In this document: positions 60,484 through 64,000 of the stretch, piece by piece
How the letters are laid out: each line of letters opens with the position of its first letter
Position numbering within the stretch: position 1 is the first letter of the stretch
DNA from: Candidatus Latescibacterota bacterium
Lineage (GTDB): Bacteria; Latescibacterota; UBA2968; UBA8231
Reading direction: 5' to 3'
Assembly: GCA_965215195.1 (NCBI GenBank)
Contig: CBDCDC010000002.1
Span: 1,760,001 to 1,824,000, forward strand
DNA length: 64,000 nucleotides
Notes under the pieces: generated by a model
Databases searched by the model: none
Seen by the model: the letters and a program-made list of their open reading frames with translations, nothing else
What the model was told of the DNA's origin: nothing
Translations under genes and position numbers: made by a program

Positions 60484-61533
60484 ATGAAACGGCACATCGC
60501 GCTCGGATTCATACTGGCTATCGGCTGGATGGGGTGTGGCGGGCCGGAACAAAGCGGCTCCACGTTTACCCAGCAGATTGCCAAGGAAGAGAAGGCAAGC
60601 GTAGTATTCCTCAAGGTCTCTACCAATGAAGGAGACGGACTGGGGAGCGGAATCATCGTTAAGTCAACGGGCCAAATTCTCACGGCGCACCATGTGATCA
60701 AGGGCATCAAAGAAGGATGGGCCAAGCCGTTCAACGGGACTTGGATGCCGATTACGGGCGTTGTCGCCCAAGACGAACTCAAAGATCTGGCGGTGATAAA
60801 CGTCGATCCGCGCAACCAACACCTACAGCCGTCTAGGCTTGGGTCGGGAGAGTATATAAGTTCGGGCGATCCCGTGGTGGCCATAGGCAACCCGTTGGGG
60901 CTAGAGTACTCGGTCACCGAAGGGATTATCTCCGAGGTTCGCACCACCCCGGAGGGCCTCAGACTAATTCAGACGGATGCGGCCGTATCGCCGGGCAACA
61001 GCGGCGGGCCTTTATTCGACCAGAACGGCGAGGTAATTGGCGTGGTAAGTTTCAATCTAAGCTCTAGCCGCGACGAGGGGCAGAATCTCAATTTTGCGGT
61101 CTCAATTGATGAAGCTAAACCACTGCTGGGCATCCCCTCGGACCAATTTGAACCTGTTCGGGTGGGAGTCCCGCCACCGGAGACTAGCTCGCAGAGCTCC
61201 TTTCGCTATGTAGAGATTGGGCGCATAGTCTGGATTTTGGTGTTTTCTGTAATCGTCTATCTCTTTTCGGCCTACATACTCTTTAGCGGGCTCATCAAGA
61301 ACCGAGACAAGCACCCGGCCACGGCTTTTGGCATATCCGCCCTCGTATCGTGGGTGGGCTTTGCGGTGATCGCCTCCTTTGTGTTGAGTGGCCTTTTCGA
61401 TTTTTTAATGGGCTGGGTGTCAGGTTCGCAAATTGAATGGCGAGTCTGCATCGCTGGGCTGGTGTTCCTAATTCTCATCTTGGTGGTAGTAAGACTTGTC
61501 TCCCGGCCATCGGCCGTTAAAAGTTCAGAGTGA
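60484..61533 (+). CDS. Trypsin-like (S1C/HtrA-type) lipoprotein protease with 3 C-terminal TM helices
   Basis: Lipobox-like WMGC, GSG, TAHH, DLAV, IQTDAAVSPGNSGGP; no PDZ domain. Confidence 0.88.
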   Translation: MKRHIALGFILAIGWMGCGGPEQSGSTFTQQIAKEEKASVVFLKVSTNEGDGLGSGIIVKSTGQILTAHHVIKGIKEGWAKPFNGTWMPITGVVAQDELKDLAVINVDPRNQHLQPSRLGSGEYISSGDPVVAIGNPLGLEYSVTEGIISEVRTTPEGLRLIQTDAAVSPGNSGGPLFDQNGEVIGVVSFNLSSSRDEGQNLNFAVSIDEAKPLLGIPSDQFEPVRVGVPPPETSSQSSFRYVEIGRIVWILVFSVIVYLFSAYILFSGLIKNRDKHPATAFGISALVSWVGFAVIASFVLSGLFDFLMGWVSGSQIEWRVCIAGLVFLILILVVVRLVSRPSAVKSSE

Positions 61534-61624
61534 GAGACACCCGCCGGATACTTCGACCTGAGCGCAGCCGAAGATTTTCAGGCCACATCTAATACCAGTT
61601 GAAGCAAAATTGAAAGAGAACACC

Positions 61625-64000
61625 ATGCCTAGGGTCGGTACTCTAACTCAAGCAGAAAAAGAAAACAGAACGATCGCTATCCGTCCCACACTTTTGATCG
61701 GCTTGGGAGGTACGGGAAAGGAAGTACTGCGGCGACTGCGACGGATGTTCTACGAGAAGTACAGAGTAGCGGGTTTACCCATCATGGAGTACCTATGGTT
61801 CGATACTGACATCCGCAATGAGTCCCTGAGCGGGGAGACACCTGACGAGTTGGACAGGCTCATTGACCTTGCCATTTCACAGAAGATTGATGGTCGGGTC
61901 CAGCCCGGGGAGTTAGCTGGATACCGGCGCAACAAGAATGCCTATCCGCATATATGGAACTGGTTGCCCCGCGAACTAGATGCGCTGCCCGACAACGCCA
62001 TCACGCAAGGGGCAGGGCAGATCCGTTCTTTTGGACGGTTGGCTTTCTTCCACCATTATGCAAGAATTCGCAACGCCATCAACACATTGGGGAGAAAGGT
62101 AACTGCCCAAGAGGCTTCCGAGGACATGAACCGCCGTTACCCTGATTATACGGTAGATAATAGTACCTTGGAGATCATTACCGTGTCTTCTCTCGGTGGT
62201 GGAACGGGGTCCGGCTGCTTTATTGACGTCGGATTTCTATGTCGATCTTTGTTCCCAGCTTCTACGCGCACGGCTTTTCTGACCATGCCCACGGTTTTCG
62301 ACGGGGTGGTGGGTCCCACAGGGGTAGAGGCCGTCCATGCCAACGGCTTTGCCGCGCTCAAGGAACTCGAGTACTTCATGCAGCCCCGGTTTAGCGCCAC
62401 CACAGATGAGGATACAAGCGAGTACTCTCCTCACGAATTTAATTGGGATGGAACCCCACAGCAGGTGGAAGCACCGCCTTTTTCTACGGTCTATATGCTC
62501 GACAAGGAGAATATTGACGAATTCACCGATACATTCCAGATGATCGCTGAGTTTCTGCTGCTGGATTTCGACAAGACCGGATTCGCCGCTCAAAAGCGCA
62601 GCGTACGTTCCAATATGGAGCAGTACCTACAGGATATGGCCACCTTCCGCAGTGGAAACGATGGAAGCTATGTCCAGTATTTTCCATGCCGGTATGCATC
62701 TTTTGGGCTCTCCCAGATTGAATTGAATCAGCCTCGTCTGGCCAATGCGGCTGCCAACCGCTGCGCTCAGTATCTGGTAGAACTCATCATAGCCAAGGAT
62801 AACAGAATCCCTCAGGGCTTTGATGATGCCGATGTCAAACCCCGCATGGAGCAGATGGGCCTTACTAAGGAACTCTTTTTGCAACGCTGCTTGGTCAAGC
62901 CGGGCAAGGATTTCACCTTGATTGACGAGGTTGTCAACGAGTTGATCGAACCGGCTTTCAATAAATTGCAGGACGATCTGTACACGGCACCAGCGGTAGA
63001 GGATCAAAAGGTTTTGGATCGCCAAGTGGAACAAACGCGGCAGCAGGTGGGTGAATTGGTCCGCCAAGTGCGGGAACGAGTAGGGGAAAGACTGTTACAG
63101 CAAGGCACCCAAAAGGGCGATGGTGTGACGCAGATTTTGGAAAATATCGGCGCGAACCGTCCCATGCTCGAAAAGCGAGTAGAGGATGAATGTCTGAAAT
63201 TACTGTGCGACCCCTTGGAGTTCGGCCCTAAATTCATGGTTGAGTGGCTGAAGATCACCGTCCCTGTACTGGAGCGAATCAAAGAGGAATTGCAGGCCAT
63301 AGAGAATCGGCACATAGAAGCACCAGAGGCTCCGCCAATCAAAATCGAATTTTCCGACGAGTATAATAAATACGAAGCTCTCCTACGAGCGGCTAGGCAG
63401 GAGATGCCCTTTGCCTTCTTAACGAAACGCATTGCTATCAACCATTACGAAGAACGCAAACGGAGGTCCTTTGATCAGAATGCCCAACTCATCACTCGTG
63501 ATCTGGTGCAGCAGGTAGAGGCCGTCAGAGATCAACTCAAGCAATGGGTCACCGCTCGCTACAAGCAGGAGGCGGCCCGTCGGCTGCTCAATCCCAATTC
63601 CGGAAGACATGAGCAGGAAAAGGGCCTGATTGACAACATAATCGGCTTTGTCGGCCAACAGACCGAAGTCCGGGGTGCAGATGGCGAACTCCATGTGCAA
63701 CTCAGTGGTTTGCTGGCCAAGGTGGAGAAATTTCAAGAGCATCTTCAAGAGATGGCTGACCGCTTCGAGGGTTTCTATCGTTCTTATAGCAACCGAATGC
63801 CTAGTGTGCGCAATCTCGATCTCATGCCTGAACTTAACTATCGCGAGGAAATTGAGACATATCTGCGCGACAAAAAAAGACGGACAGGTGCCGGTTTCAA
63901 TGAAGTTTTACAAGGTGTTCTGGAGGCCTATTTTCGCTCGGAAGAAGCCCGGCCGCTATTTGCTGAGTACGCTACTCGCGAAGGAAGCGCGATCGATGCC
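61625..64000 (+). CDS. Tubulin/FtsZ-like GTPase (Tubulin_2/FtsZl1), truncated by the window edge
   Basis: Absent from the ORF track; manual translation of several segments gives LIGLGGTG, GAGQIRSFGR and SSLGGGTGSG in one frame, and that frame is open at the window end (792 codons). Confidence 0.88.
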   Translation, partial: MPRVGTLTQAEKENRTIAIRPTLLIGLGGTGKEVLRRLRRMFYEKYRVAGLPIMEYLWFDTDIRNESLSGETPDELDRLIDLAISQKIDGRVQPGELAGYRRNKNAYPHIWNWLPRELDALPDNAITQGAGQIRSFGRLAFFHHYARIRNAINTLGRKVTAQEASEDMNRRYPDYTVDNSTLEIITVSSLGGGTGSGCFIDVGFLCRSLFPASTRTAFLTMPTVFDGVVGPTGVEAVHANGFAALKELEYFMQPRFSATTDEDTSEYSPHEFNWDGTPQQVEAPPFSTVYMLDKENIDEFTDTFQMIAEFLLLDFDKTGFAAQKRSVRSNMEQYLQDMATFRSGNDGSYVQYFPCRYASFGLSQIELNQPRLANAAANRCAQYLVELIIAKDNRIPQGFDDADVKPRMEQMGLTKELFLQRCLVKPGKDFTLIDEVVNELIEPAFNKLQDDLYTAPAVEDQKVLDRQVEQTRQQVGELVRQVRERVGERLLQQGTQKGDGVTQILENIGANRPMLEKRVEDECLKLLCDPLEFGPKFMVEWLKITVPVLERIKEELQAIENRHIEAPEAPPIKIEFSDEYNKYEALLRAARQEMPFAFLTKRIAINHYEERKRRSFDQNAQLITRDLVQQVEAVRDQLKQWVTARYKQEAARRLLNPNSGRHEQEKGLIDNIIGFVGQQTEVRGADGELHVQLSGLLAKVEKFQEHLQEMADRFEGFYRSYSNRMPSVRNLDLMPELNYREEIETYLRDKKRRTGAGFNEVLQGVLEAYFRSEEARPLFAEYATREGSAIDA

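Overview
GC-rich bacterial chromosome segment. Gene content (an FlgD/T9SS-sorting-like domain placed N-terminally, a TSWGxxK C-terminal motif, many SDR, Gfo/Idh/MocA and PhyH genes) suggests a Latescibacterota/Poribacteria-like lineage; this is inference only. The housekeeping backbone includes ddl, htpG, proA, thrC, nadD, bamD, cpoB, rfaE2, acs, a glycogen debranching enzyme and three tRNAs. Accessory DNA includes: (1) a 1569-aa secreted repeat protein (PD40 x6, PPC-like x7, C-terminal FGE-sulfatase/CLec) whose PPC-like repeats vary almost only at codon positions 1-2 with an adenine bias, resembling a remote DGR target; (2) a DUF1156-DUF499-SNF2 restriction-like defence locus beside tRNA-Arg, with embedded toxin-antitoxin genes; (3) an FtsZ/tubulin-like (FtsZl1/Tubulin_2) operon with vWA, trypsin and Zn-ribbon/propeller genes, running off the right edge; (4) an IS982-like element; (5) five copies of a 124-152 bp MITE family with 9-bp target duplications, carrying a REP-like core that also occurs in-frame inside the DUF1156 gene; (6) several small cargo modules bracketed by duplicated host-gene ends.
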